In this document: positions 1-12,484 of the stretch, one piece after another
Layout: every line of letters begins with the position of its first letter
How positions within the stretch are numbered: position 1 is the first letter of the stretch
Translations under genes and position numbers: made by a program
Origin: Octopus sinensis
Lineage: Eukaryota
NCBI RefSeq assembly: GCF_006345805.1
Contig: NC_042997.1
Location: forward strand, 102,858,001 to 102,922,000
Reading direction: 5' to 3'
Length of the DNA stretch: 64,000 nt
The notes under the pieces: generated by a model
What the model saw: only the letters and a program-made list of their open reading frames with translations
The model's database searches: none
What the model was told of the DNA's origin: nothing

Positions 1-830
1 ATTACCATTTGGTTGGTAACTGATGAAGAATTAGGAACCTTCTGTGTCTGTCCCCCCATCCGGTTGTTACACTCAGTATACATTATGTCGTTAGTTTATA
101 TACCAAGCATTATTTCATTTTTTGTCATTTATTAAGTAACGGAATGCTACGCACCTCGACTTGTATTAACAGTAAGTTTTTTTTATATATTTGTGCGACT
201 CTTATTTCTTGCTTTCACTCTCTCTCCTTTTCTCTATCTCTCGCCCTCTTACTTCTATTTCTAGCCTTTCCACTTTATCTTTTTTTCTCTCCCACCCCTT
301 TTGTTTTCCTAGCCTTTCTCCTCTTTCCTTTTTCACCCTTCATCGCTTCCCTTGTTTTCTCTCTGTCACTCTCTCTTGCCCTCCTTTCCTTTTACCTGCT
401 GCTGTCACGTGACTCGTGGCCAACTTTCCTTGGTCAAATTCTCTGTGTCTCACTGTTGTCTATCCTTTAGGATGTCTGCTAAGCGTTACCCACCATTCTT
501 GCCTTTTTGGCCCGGAGGCTGTATTTTGCTTGTTTCTTATTTATTTCATCTTTGCCCATCGTCTTAAATCACAATTATTCACTTTCGTATGTCAACTCTG
601 TATTATTTTGTTTTGTCTTGTTTGCCCTCGGCTCTATATTCTCGGCAACTTTCGCGGGCACCGCCAGCATGGGAAATTCTCAGTCTTATCATTAATGGTG
701 CAAAATTGAGTATTACTATTTGTTTGATAACTGATGAAGAATTGAGGACCTTCTGTTGTCTGTCTCCCGTCCGGTTGTACACTCAATATATGTTATATCG
801 TTTGTTTATTTACCATGCATCTCTTCATTT
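1..830. repeat. ~120-bp diverged direct repeat (1-120 and 712-830), period ~711 bp
   Basis: Both segments read ...taactgatgaagaatt.gga.cttctgt..ctgtc.ccc.tccggttgt.cactca.tata..ttat.tcgtt.gttta...; the first copy is cut by the window edge. Confidence 0.75.
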
Positions 831-844
831 TTTCATATATATAT

Positions 845-878
<34 letters not shown>

Positions 879-902
879 ATATATATATTATATATATATA
901 TA

Positions 903-1273
903 TATATTATATAAAATCCGTTCTGTCTGTGTGTCTTCTAGGGTCTGTCTGTGTGTCTTCACCCGATTGCGCTCAAATTTGATACCGACGGTATCAGGGC
1001 GTGTATAAGTCTTGAAAAAAATTACAAAAATCGATTCCAGGTGAGAATGCGATCGATAAAGCCGTGGGAACGTGCATTTGTAAAATCATTTTTTTGGGGA
1101 ATAGAAAAAAGTCTATCTTTATTTCTTTTTTTGCTGGTGTCTCAAATTTATGTTAAATCAATGTTTCTCAAAGGAGAGGCCTAAGGGACGGTCGGACAAG
1201 TTGTTTTGAGAAAATTTGATTTAAATATTTGACAACTCAGCACCGTCCATTGGACGGGGGTGGGGGGGCGTTT

Positions 1274-1276
<3 letters not shown>
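903..1276 (+). mobile_element. Short non-autonomous Helitron-like element (internally deleted relative of 49669-50591)
   Basis: 5' tattatataaaatccgttctgtctgtgtgt and 3' hairpin ccgtccattggacgg; colinear with the reverse complement of both ends of 49669-50591. Confidence 0.7.
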
Positions 1277-1325
<49 letters not shown>

Positions 1326-1486
1326 GGTAAGAAATTTGAAAAGGTGAACGCGAAACCGGTCATTTCTTCTATACTATGTCATTGTATGAAAAAAATTTAT
1401 AACATTCTTCAGACATATTGACTCAAATATTTATTTTTTAACCTTTTAAAACAAGCCTTCTGTAGTTTTTTCACTTTTTACTATTT

Positions 1487-1524
<38 letters not shown>

Positions 1525-2062
1525 CACATTTTTTATCGCCTACTAATCATGAGTGCGTGCGCACACATACATACACACATGTAGACACACCTGTTTTTTC
1601 TAATGCACTTATAGAGCAAACTACCACACAAACACTCGTCCACGCACATACACTCCCTTTCTCACCTTCAACCCTATATCACGTACATTCCCATTTCTAT
1701 CCATACAACTATATAGATATAGAACTTAAAACTGAGAGACAGACAAACTCAAAATTGAGCTGGAGTAGAGAAGGTATGTCAATGGACAGGTCACAAATCG
1801 GGACGAAAGGACATCGACAAGTATAACTGATTGATTGATAAACCGAATCATTGAATAAGCAACCGACTAGTTAGTTGGTTAAATAGTTAACCAATTAACT
1901 ATTTAACTATTTAACTATACACACATACAAACACACAAACACACACGCACACATAAACACACACACACACACAAAGTTGCGCGTACGTACATGCAGACAC
2001 ATAAACACACACACACACAAAGGTGCGCGTACGTACATGCAGGCACATAAACACACATACAC

Positions 2063-2590
2063 ATGTTGCTATGTTGTAAGAAGTTTGCTTCCCGACCTCG
2101 TGGTTCCGGGTTCAGTCCCACTGGATTTCATCTTGGGCAAATGTCTTCTACTATAGCCTTGGGCCAACCAAACCCTTGAGAGTAGATTTGATAGACGAAA
2201 ACTGAAAGAAGCCTGTCGTACATACATACATAATATATATATATATAATATATATATATACATAGACACATACATACATACGTATACAGACACATACATA
2301 TATGCATACATATGTACATACATATAGTCATATTTTGAGTTCTATTTTTCCTGCTTGCGTCACCAAACCTGTGCACACACACACACACACACACATCAAT
2401 GTGTGCGTGTCTTTATACCCATGTTTCTCTACATCCATCACTTGACAACTGGCGTTGTGTGTTTATTTCCCCGTAACTTTGTGGTTCAGCAAATAGAGAA
2501 CGTTAGAATAAGTACCAGATTTTTAAAAAAATAAGTGCTCGGGTAGATTCGCTTGACCAAAATTCCTGAAGGTGGTACTCCAGCATGGCC
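2063..2590 (+). mobile_element. SINE family A (tRNA-like head, internal microsatellite), degenerate copy
   Basis: ggttccgggttcagtcccact...cttgggcaaatgtcttctactatagcc...cagcatggcc matches more than 10 other copies in the window. Confidence 0.85.
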
Positions 2591-3418
2591 GTGTATACAG
2601 GGTGCGAGATTTATTTGAGAACATATTTGGTAAATTAATAAAACAACTTTGATTCCCCCCCCCCCCCCCCAAAAATCAAATGCATTTGAAAATAAATTTG
2701 TGCATATGTTCTTATAAGAAAATTCTATGAATCCACTTTCAGCTTCGATAATTGAACTAAGTGGTCTTATTCACTTCGGACATCATCTGGACAACGCTGA
2801 CCTTCAGTGAAGCTATAGCATTTTGAGAATATCGATTAGTCTCCTTTTCAACAATTCTACAAACCTAGTAGTCCATGGGATTTAAATCTGGCAAATTTTG
2901 AGGTCATAAGTATGGTGTTACATGATCGTGAAGATTGTCTGACATCCATTCTTGGATTATGTGAGCTTTGTGAGTTTTGTTGAAACGCATATGGCTTTCT
3001 ACTGCGTACTTCATCTCACCAGGGTTTAACAAGTATCTTCCGCACTTCATTGTATCCTGTTGCATTCGCTATAAAATCCTGTGGCAAGATGTAAGGTAGT
3101 ATGGCATAACCTTCTTTACTCACCACTCCTTAAGCCATCATAGTTGCTAGAAACTTTATCTGCATCACTCAGGAGTCATCAGATGAATCTGCACATAACC
3201 ACCTGTCAGACTAACACCCAGTTAGACTTTTGGTATAAGTCGAAGATTTTATCACAGAAAAACCAAAGCATACCATGTTCGTGAGGCTTTTTAACCTTCT
3301 TCAAGTAAGTGTTTGACACGGATGAAACGGTTTTCTTCTGTCTTTTGCAGACATGAATTGTGCTTTCCTCAAACATACAACTCATACCGAACGTCCTCGT
3401 TTAACAAATTCTGATAGT

Positions 3419-3605
3419 CGCAGGAGTGGCTTTGTGGTAAGTAGCTTGCTTACCAACCACATGGTTCCGGGTTCATTCCCATTGCGTGGTACCTTTGGGT
3501 AAGTGTCTTCTAAAGCCTCGGGCAGACCAAAGCCTTGTGAGTGGATTTGGTAGACGGAAACTGAAAGAAGCCCGTCGAAAATATGTATATGTGTATATAT
3601 ATAGA

Positions 3606-3697
<92 letters not shown>

Positions 3698-3948
3698 ATA
3701 TGTATGTATGTGTCTGTATATGTTTGTTTGTGTGTCTGTGTTTGTCTCCCCAACATCGCTTGACAACCGATGCTGTTGTGTTTACGTCCCCGTAACTTAG
3801 CGGTTCGGCAAAAGAGACCGATAGAATAAGTACTAGGCTTACAAAGAATAAATCCTGGGGTTGATTTGCTCGACTAAAGGAGGGTGCTCCAGCATGGCCG
3901 CAGTCAAATGACTGAAACAAGTAGTAAAAGAGTAAAAGAGTAAAGAGT
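3419..3948 (+). mobile_element. SINE family A, full length, inserted in the maT element
   Basis: caggagtggctttgtggtaagtagcttgcttaccaaccacatggttccgggttc head and (aaaagagt)n tail. Confidence 0.92.
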
Positions 3949-4039
3949 TCTCCACGACACCTTACAATTCTGTATCGATGAGCTTCATTGATTTTCCTGG
4001 ATGATCTTAGATAATGTTTCGAAAGCGTTGGCTGAACTA

Positions 4040-4255
4040 CGGTGACCTTAGAGTGTTTGATGACACAACAACGAGAGTCTTCCCGATTATACGTGAATCC
4101 TTCAGCTGGCTTGCCACTTTTGTCTAATCAGCTTTTGATATTGTCCCATCCATTGCGTTCTTTTCCTGCCTCTGGATCTACTCTTCTTCCCGTGATAATG
4201 TTTACCCAGACCAGACCGCTTCTTTGAATATAGTCATAATAGATGAGCGTCTACT
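4040..4255 (-). mobile_element. RTE-like LINE 3' fragment nested in the maT element
   Basis: The minus strand gives a frameshifted SRGRKRTQW(D)NIKS-like RTE C-terminal motif that interrupts the transposase. Confidence 0.45.
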
Positions 4256-4620
4256 TTTTCACAAATGCTCAGTTATTGTCGTCGTTTATCTACTTGTGAC
4301 ACCCATTCATTTGTCCTCTCTGACACTGTTAAAATATTTCAGCCAGTCTTTTCCAATTCCACCCGAACTTTGAGTACAACAGTTTCCGCAACATTTAGAA
4401 AGTTGACAATATCTAAATCACCGTGTTACGCACATATAGCAACAATGACTGCAAGTCTTTTCATTAATTGTGTTAGAATTTTATCTGTCATGAAGGATCT
4501 GTAAGAAATAAAAACTAGTTGGGTTTAGAGACTAATATGCTGATAATTAAATACAAGGTTATTATATGGCGCTACCACCGCGTAACTGATAATTAAATGT
4601 CCTCAAATACCCTTCGCATC

Positions 4621-4704
<84 letters not shown>

Positions 4705-5401
4705 TCTTTTACTCTTTTATTCTTTTATATGGTTTAGGCATGTGGCTGCGGTCATGTTGGAGCACTATCGGCGTATCTATACACTACGTATGCGCGCACA
4801 CATACATACATACATACACACACAAATACACACACATATGCATATATATATGCACACACATACATACACATACGTACACACAGACATATAAACACATACA
4901 TTACATAATTGCACATATGTACACACTCATATTCACTGACAATGGATATCTTCTCATATACACACATACACAAACAACATATATACAGATATACGTGTAT
5001 GTAGAGATGCACACGGAAACAGACGCGCTTACAAACACACACTCATTATAATACGTATACAAATACACAATGGTATAATAGTTAAATTGTTGTAATTATT
5101 GGTGACTGGAGGAGATAGGGAAAAAGTAAATTGAATAATTGAGTAAGATTTGCATTGGTCAGAAGGGGTGAGATATTGTTATGGTTGGAGGGGTTTGAAA
5201 AAAACTGACTCAAATACATTTAGACATAACCTCCATCTATCACATGAAAATACATAGAAACACAACCATTTAAACTTTCCAGCAACAAATTTTCAAGTTA
5301 TATGTACATATTTAAATACACTGAGAAACATATACAAACGCACAAATTCGGACATACACTCCTAAATGCAATAGACATACATATTTTTGTAACATACAAT
5401 A

Positions 5402-5448
<47 letters not shown>

Positions 5449-5465
5449 TTTCCCATATATATATA

Positions 5466-5534
<69 letters not shown>

Positions 5535-5535
5535 T

Positions 5536-5852
5536 GGTTAGAGCATCGAGCTTACGATCGTGAGGTTGTGAGCTCGAATCCCGGCTGCGTGTTGTGTTCT
5601 TAAGCACGACACTTTATTTCATGTTGCTCCAGTTCACTCAGCTGTAGAAATGAGTTGCGACATCACAGGTGTCAAGCTGTATCGGCCTTTGCCTTTCTCT
5701 TGGATAACACTGTTGGCGTGGAGAGAGGGAGGCCGGTATGCATGGGCGACTGCTGGTCTTCCATAAACAACCAATCTTGCCTGGACTTGTGCCTGGTTGG
5801 GTAACTTTCATTGTGCAATTCCATGGTCAGTGTCGTGACCGAAGTGGGTCTC
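5536..5852 (+). mobile_element. SINE family B (tRNA-derived head, cactcagctgtagaaatgagt core)
   Basis: ttggttagagc...gagctcgaatccc A/B-box-like head; related copies at 8031, 11085 and 14760. Confidence 0.85.
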
Positions 5853-6049
5853 AGACATATATATATATATATATATATATGTTTATGCACACATACGTAC
5901 ATAGATAGTAAGTCTGTGGAAGGTATAAAAAAACAACTTTCAGGAACAATAATGGTTTAATGACATAGTAGGTTGTAAATTTTTCTCATATCGAATATCG
6001 ATAAGCCGAAAAAAATTATTTTATAGTTCTCGGTTAGCAACTAGATTTG

Positions 6050-6670
6050 CTGCGTATGTGAATAAAAATCCAAATTTAAGGGTAGTCAAATGAAGGTTAA
6101 ATTGTTGTCAAGGGATCCCATGTTAACTTGCAGGAGATTTGACTGAAAATGCATGGAAAGCACAGAGTGAGAAAACAAAAGGGAAAACATGTGTGAAAAC
6201 ATACTATATGGGTGTAGGTAAATGTCTAAATTTGTTAAAGAAAAGAATAAAGAATACAAATAAAGAAAAAGAGAGGGCGAAGAGTAGGGAGAAAAGATTT
6301 GGTATTATTGAAGCTGAGTGAAGGAATGTCATTGTGAATTTAGTCTAGAATCATTTACTATGTCTACTGTAGAATAAATATCTAAATATACGGTGTCACC
6401 CTGTAAATACATTTAAACAGTCAAAGAAAAAAAAGGGGAAGACTTTCAGGAGAAAGGGCGAAATAGAAGGTATAGGAGTGGTAGTAAATTAGAATTTGTT
6501 AGGAGAAGGTGGGGGAGAGAAGGAGAGGGAGATGGAAGATAATGCGAGTTAACATGGGGTCTCTTGACGACAATGTTACGTTCATTTGAATATGGTATCA
6601 TTGGTCTCATGAGTAGCTAGCGGGGTAGCTCTCGTTTGGGTAACTGCTACTTCCAACGTTCTGCTTGTCA
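6050..6670. mobile_element. Long imperfect palindromic element (family P)
   Basis: ttgtcaagggatcccatgttaact (6104) is inverted as gagttaacatggggtctcttgacgacaat (6546); homologous to 9243-9925 and 12240-12484/13299-13340. Confidence 0.6.
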
Positions 6671-6715
6671 AGAAATATTTGGAACCTGGATTTTATCCAT
6701 TCCATTCCCTAAATT

Positions 6716-6761
<46 letters not shown>

Positions 6762-6929
6762 CATATATATATAGGTAAACAGTAAAAATAATTACAGACA
6801 TGGACAAGAACATGAAACACCACAGAGACGACACAAGAACCACAGGACGGACATTCGAAGCCCTCAGTCATCAGTCAAGAACCAGATCATCTTAGCAATT
6901 TCGGCTGATTAATCTTGAGTATATATATA

Positions 6930-6971
<42 letters not shown>

Positions 6972-6999
6972 TAATATATATATAATATATATATATATG

Positions 7000-7031
<32 letters not shown>

Positions 7032-7131
7032 TATATATATGTGTGTGTATATAAACAATAATATATTAGGGAGTATAACTTATATTTATCATTCATTTTA
7101 TACTTTGTGAAAAAATATAACAAATAAAAAA

Positions 7132-7176
<45 letters not shown>

Positions 7177-7180
7177 AGGA

Positions 7181-7282
7181 GGAGCTTCTACAGGACTAGT
7201 ACTGTTTCATTCAAATGAAATCATCAGGAAGCTTCCTGATGATTTCATTTGAATGAAACAGTACTAGTCCTGTAGAAGCTCC
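7181..7282. repeat. Perfect 102-bp palindrome (no spacer) made of a hammerhead-like PLE terminal sequence
   Basis: Arms are exact reverse complements centred on aagctt (7229-7234); each arm contains ctgatga-t-ttcatttgaa-t-gaaac-agtacta-gtc. Confidence 0.9.
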
Positions 7283-7548
7283 TTCTATAAAATAAATTTA
7301 TTTACTCTGCAATGTATTGAGTACCTTATTTACTGTGGTTAACCCGACTCAACCCGGACCTACTATATATATATATATATATATATATAGCAATTAAGGA
7401 CAACTACTTAAAAGGAAACTTAACAAGAAATTGTCGGGTAGATAGCGTGAAAACCTCATGAGAGAAAGAATTTCGAAAATAATTATTTCTTATTGAACCA
7501 TTAATTTATATATAGAGGGCATGTATGTATAATGCCCTCTAGATATAA

Positions 7549-7593
<45 letters not shown>

Positions 7594-8030
7594 TTATATA
7601 CTATAATATATATATATATATATCATATATATTATATCAATTATATATATTATTTGTATTTATGTATTGGTTTATGTCTATCACTGTTTGAGTTCCATAA
7701 TAGTCGTTTTATCTCTAATTCTTATTTTTATATACATACATACATACATACATACATACATGCACACACACACACACACGCACGCACACACACACACACA
7801 CACACAGACACACACACACATATATATATATATATTACATATAATAATAATATTAGGGAATATACTAATTATATACTATTTATTTACTATTTAGTACTGT
7901 ATTTATTTTACGTAATTGTTTTATCGTATCTTTAATTTTTTTCTATATGGTATGATTTAAGTATATCATTGTTGAATTGCTTAATGGCAGTTCTTCTCTA
8001 ATTTATATACATATATTATATATTATATAT

Positions 8031-8346
8031 AGTGAAGTCGCGTGGCTTAGTGGTTAGGGCATTCGGCTCACGATTGCAAGGACATGATTTCGATTCCCGT
8101 TGACGCGTTGTGTCCTTGAACAAGACACGTTATTTCACGTTGCTCCAGTCTACTCAGCTGGCAAAATTGAGTTGTACATGTATTTCAAAGGGCCGGCCTT
8201 GTTACACTTTGTGTCACGCTGAATCTCCCTGAGAACTACGTTGGGGGTACGCATATCTGTGGATTGCTCAGTCACTTGCACGTTAATTTCAAGAGCAGGC
8301 TAATCGTATCAGCTGGGACTCTCGTCGTCGTAATCGACGGAGTGCT

Positions 8347-8348
<2 letters not shown>
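8031..8348 (+). mobile_element. SINE family B-related copy
   Basis: gtgaagtcgcgtggcttagtggttagggc...tttcgattccc head, then gttgctccagtctactcagctg core. Confidence 0.8.
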
Positions 8349-8385
<37 letters not shown>

Positions 8386-8602
8386 CTTCAAAAAATAAGA
8401 TTTTCGATCTTTCATTTAGGCACAAGTTTCTCGCTTCCCCGTTTCCTGAGATGGATTTTGCTATTGTGAAGAAATTCCACTGAATGCTAAAAATAATTTT
8501 TTACGTCTTTAATAAAATTTACTAATAGCTCTGTTGGAAACTATCTAAAGGTGTGTAAAGGAATTAGATGTCACACCTACGAGTATATAAGTTCTGGATA
8601 AA

Positions 8603-8975
8603 AAGGCACAGGCGTGGCTGTGTGGTAAGAAGCTTGCTTCCCAATCACATGGTTCCAGGTTCAGTCCCACTGCGTGTTACCTTGGGTAAGTGTCTTCTAC
8701 CATAGCCTCGGGTTGACCAAAGCCTTGGGAGTGGATTTGGTTGACAGAAACTGAAAAAAGCCCGCGTGTGTGTGTGTATTTGTCCCCTCTCCTACTGCTT
8801 AACAGCCGGTGCGGGTGTGTTTGCGTCACCGTAACTTAGCGGTTCAGCAAAAGGGTGCGATAGAATAAGTACTAGATTTAAAAAGGGTCCAGGAGTCGAT
8901 TTGCTCGACTAAGACCCTTCAAGGCGGTGCCCCAGCATGGTCGCAGTCTAACAAGCAAAAAAAGATAAAAGAAGA
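8603..8975 (+). mobile_element. SINE family A
   Basis: Head, core and tail are colinear with 3419-3948. Confidence 0.9.
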
Positions 8976-9242
8976 TATATGGATATAGAAGGGTAAGATC
9001 CAGGGATTCAAGTGTGGGAAGTTTGCAATCTTCAAACAGTCCATTGGAGGTATAGAAAATAAAAACGGACAGTGTACGGCCAGGAACAATAACAATTTAT
9101 TGGCCTTACACACTTTTCTCATATCTAATTATAAGGAAATTCGATAAGTTGAAAGATACAGCTCGCGGTTAGCAACTAGTGTTGCTATGAATGTGAATAA
9201 AAATCTAAGTTGAGGGAGTGGAACGGATAAAACTCAAGTCAC

Positions 9243-9925
9243 ATATGTTTCTTAGCTACCTAATCGTCTGGTGTAATAATTACTCAACGAGGAATAATTA
9301 ATTATATGCAGGGTACACTGTCGCTTTGAAATTCTGAAGTTAACTCACCGCAGACGTGAGTTGAAATTAATAATGAAACCGGAAGACAACTAAAAGACAA
9401 ATGTTTGAAGTAATAAAACGGTCAAGAAGTAAGAAAAGGTCAAATATGTGAGAGTGGAAATTGTATAAGGGTGTTAGGAGTGAAGAAAAGAAGAGGAGGA
9501 AGGATGAGGGGTAGGTAAGAGTAGATAATTGTTGTCGTTAAGGGTAGAGAATGGCTTTTGTAAGTATTTAATAAATGAAATATTTACAATTACAGCAACA
9601 ATCTACTCTTATCGCCCCCTCTGCCTCACCCCTCTTCTTCACTCCTAACAACCATATGCAATTTCCACTCCCACATATTTGACCTCATCCTTTCCTTTTC
9701 TTACTTCTTGACCGTTTTATTTCTTCAGACATTTGTTGTTTTTTTTAACTGTTATCTTCCGGCCTCACCGTTAATTTCAACTCACATCGACGGTGAGTTA
9801 ACTTGAGAATTCTAAACGACAATGTAACCTGTATGTGATCAAGGTATTCTCCACCTGATGAGTACCTAATAAGTTGAGGACACCTCGTTGAGAAATTATT
9901 ACATCAGAAGATCAACTAGTTAAGA
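9243..9925. mobile_element. Family P palindromic element (~290-bp diverged arms)
   Basis: 9243-9535 is the diverged reverse complement of 9593-9925 (e.g. aaacggtcaagaagtaagaaaagg / ccttttcttacttcttgaccgttt). Confidence 0.75.
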
Positions 9926-9995
9926 AACCTATGTACCCGTTCTACTCCCTCAATTTGGATTTTACATACAAACACACACACACACACACACACAC

Positions 9996-10072
<77 letters not shown>

Positions 10073-10077
<5 letters not shown>

Positions 10078-10240
10078 ATCCAAACAAGAAAACACAGAAA
10101 AAAACACAGCAACGCGAGGACGTAGAACAATTAAAGTATTATTTGACGCTCAGGAAAGAAGGGAAGGAGGGTTTAACGTTTCGAGCGGAGCTCTTCGTTG
10201 GAAACAAAGGAGAAGGAAAGATCCCGAGAAGGGAAGACAC
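10073..10240 (-). mobile_element. PLE-type terminal repeat with decayed minimal hammerhead motif
   Basis: Homologous to 50728-50925 and 19870-20040; minus strand reads ccaacgaagagctccgctcgaaacgttaaac. Confidence 0.6.
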
Positions 10241-10302
10241 ACACACATATGTATGTATACACACACACACACATATATATATGTATATCTATATCTATAA
10301 AA

Positions 10303-10570
10303 GTGGAGGCACAATGGCCCAGTGGTTAGGGCAGCGGAATCGCGGTTTCGATTCCTAGAACGGGCGTTGTGCGTGTTTATTGAGCGAAAACACCTAGAGC
10401 TCCACGATGCTCCGGCAGGGGGTGGTGGTGGCGATCCCTGTTGTACTCTTTCGCCCCAACTTTCTCTCACTCTTTCTTCCTGTTTCTTGAGTAACGCTGC
10501 GATGGACTGGCGTCCCGTCCAGCTGGGGTTAACACATACGTCACACAAACCGGGAAACCGGGCCCATTAT
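10303..10570 (+). mobile_element. SINE family C (tRNA-like head, V-SINE-like gatggactggcgtcccgtccag domain)
   Basis: gtggaggcacaatggcccagtggttagggc head; related copies at 21271 and 22035. Confidence 0.8.
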
Positions 10571-10701
10571 CCTAAACAAAAAATAAATATCTATAAAAGG
10601 TAGTGTGTGTGTGTTTATGTGTGTGAGGGAAAGAGTAACAGCGTACATTTTTAAAATTTATTTTTCCTTGCATCTTTTTTGACTGAGTGTGTGAGTGATT
10701 G

Positions 10702-10742
<41 letters not shown>

Positions 10743-11084
10743 TTGTCGGAAAGAGTGAGAAAGAGAAAGTGTGTTACTGTGTGTGCGTGTGTGTGTATGT
10801 GTGAGAGAAAGAGATAGCGTAAATTTAATTTATTGACTTTTTCTCGCATCTGTTTTTAGTGTGTTTGACTGAGAGAAAAAGAGGGGCGTTACGCTATCAC
10901 TCTCTCTTTCTCTCTCAATCAATCACTCACTCAAAAAAGATGCGATAAATTTAAAGATGTATGCTGTCTCTCTCTCCCTCATACACACAAACATCAACAC
11001 ACACCAATCCAGATTCCCAATGCAAACCTTCGAATCAACCTTCTCCAATGCAGATCTTTAATGCAACCTTATCCAATCCAAATC

Positions 11085-11242
11085 ACCTTTCCCTTGGATA
11101 ACACTGGTGGCGTGGAGAGGGGGAGGCCGGTATGCATAGGCAACTGTTGGTCTTCCATAAACAACCTTGCCCGGACTTGTGCCTGGGAGGATAACTTTCT
11201 GGGTGTAATCCCATGGTCAGTCATGACAGAAGGGAGTCTCAG
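11085..11242 (+). mobile_element. SINE family B, 3' fragment
   Basis: cccttggataacactggtggcgtggagaggggaggccggtatgc matches 5695-5850. Confidence 0.8.
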
Positions 11243-11292
<50 letters not shown>

Positions 11293-11294
<2 letters not shown>

Positions 11295-11722
11295 ATCAAA
11301 ATAAGCAACAAGGCTATCCACCAGAGGTAATGCAGTACTATCGTTTCATGCAATTCCATTTAATTGAACAATACAATCATTACCTCAATTTAAAATGCAG
11401 GGCAATCCTCAGGTGCACAAAGGCATAGAATTTAATTAAATTAGAACAGATGGACACATTAGTATAATCATACCATCATACCTAAAATCTCCGAGAAGTT
11501 AAGGAGATAAACAAAGAACATGCTGCGTTCACTCCAGCATAAAAGCATAGAATTGATGTAATGATCGCATTGTTCAATTAAATGGAGTTGCATGAAACGA
11601 TCGTACTGCATTACCTCTGGATATCCTTGTTGCTTATTTTGATTTTAATTACCTTAATTTGAAATTGTATGGATAATACCGTACTAAATTCTGGTCCCTC
11701 AACTTAAGTACCATATTCAACT
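11293..11722. mobile_element. Inverted pair of Neptune-type PLE terminal repeats (11293-11524 minus, 11551-11722 plus)
   Basis: Both are homologous to 25940-26228, which follows a PLE GIY-YIG ORF remnant; inverted terminal copies are typical of PLEs. Confidence 0.75.
11331..11417 (-). ncRNA. Hammerhead-like motif with long helix II (stem I junction mismatched)
   Basis: tgcac-CTGAGGA-t-[tgc...long hairpin...gca]-t-GAAAC-gata-GTA-ctgca on the minus strand. Confidence 0.5.
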
Positions 11723-11747
11723 GAATCTAAATTTTTGCTCTCTCTCT

Positions 11748-11824
<77 letters not shown>

Positions 11825-11837
11825 TATATATATATAT

Positions 11838-11877
<40 letters not shown>

Positions 11878-11882
<5 letters not shown>

Positions 11883-12095
11883 TTGTGTGTCTGTGTTTGT
11901 CCCCACCACCATCGCTTGACAACCGATGTGAGTGTGTTTATGTCCCCGTAACTTAGCGGTTCGGCAAAAGAAACCGATAGAATAAGTACTAGGCTTACAA
12001 ATAATAAGTTCTGGGGTAGATTTGTTCGACTAAAGGCAGTGCTCCAGCATGGCCGCAGTCACAATAACTTGAACAAATAACAGAATAAAAGAATA
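11878..12095 (+). mobile_element. SINE family A, 3' half
   Basis: catcgcttgacaaccgatg...ccccgtaacttagcggttcggcaaaag...cagcatggccgcagtc. Confidence 0.88.
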
Positions 12096-12484
12096 TATAT
12101 ATCTGTAAAATAATGTGACAATTATTCAATAGCCAAGATAAAACTCTGAGTTTCGGATGCCGAGGTGGAAATCCACAACACCATCTCTTCGGTTATCCAG
12201 ACTTAGGGAAGGGAGTAGGAAAAATTTAGGCTACTAATGTTACCTAGCTAGCAGAATCTCGGAAATAGTAATTACTCAACGAGCAGTATTCCGTAAGTTA
12301 CTCATCAGGACAAAGATACCTTAGCCGAATGAAGGTTACATTGTCGTCAAGGAGTCCCATGTTAACTCGTTGGCGATTTGATAATGTGTGGAAAGCGCAG
12401 GGTAAGAGAACGAAAAAGAAAACATATGTGAAGAAAAAATATATGAGAGTTGGCAAATTTATAAAGTTGTTAAGAAAAAGAATA

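Larger units (their letters stand above)
2593..4625 (-). mobile_element. Decayed Tc1/mariner-superfamily DD37D (maT-like) transposon with nested insertions
   Basis: Imperfect TIRs tatacagggtgcgagatttatttgagaacat (2593-2625) and the reverse complement at 4592-4625. Minus-strand fragments: MTDKILTQLMKRLAVIVAI..GDLDIVNFLNVAETVVLKVRVELEKTG (4300-4475), DHPGKSMK (~4000), WFFCDKIFD and a frameshifted PNL.DLNPMDY region (2720-3390). Confidence 0.8.

Noticed and set aside
5536-5600. Functional tRNA genes at SINE heads (also 8031, 10303, 22035)
   Set aside because: They lack complete cloverleaves and continue into SINE bodies.
6780-6920. PLE-like terminal fragment with tcttgactgatga on the minus strand
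   Set aside because: The downstream core reads gaatgtc with no stem III or stem I, so it cannot be called a ribozyme; the element identity is also uncertain.
9850-9900. CTGATGA (also 12302 minus, 14064 and 17570) as hammerheads
   Set aside because: No correctly spaced GAAA/UH or no stem I pairing could be built.
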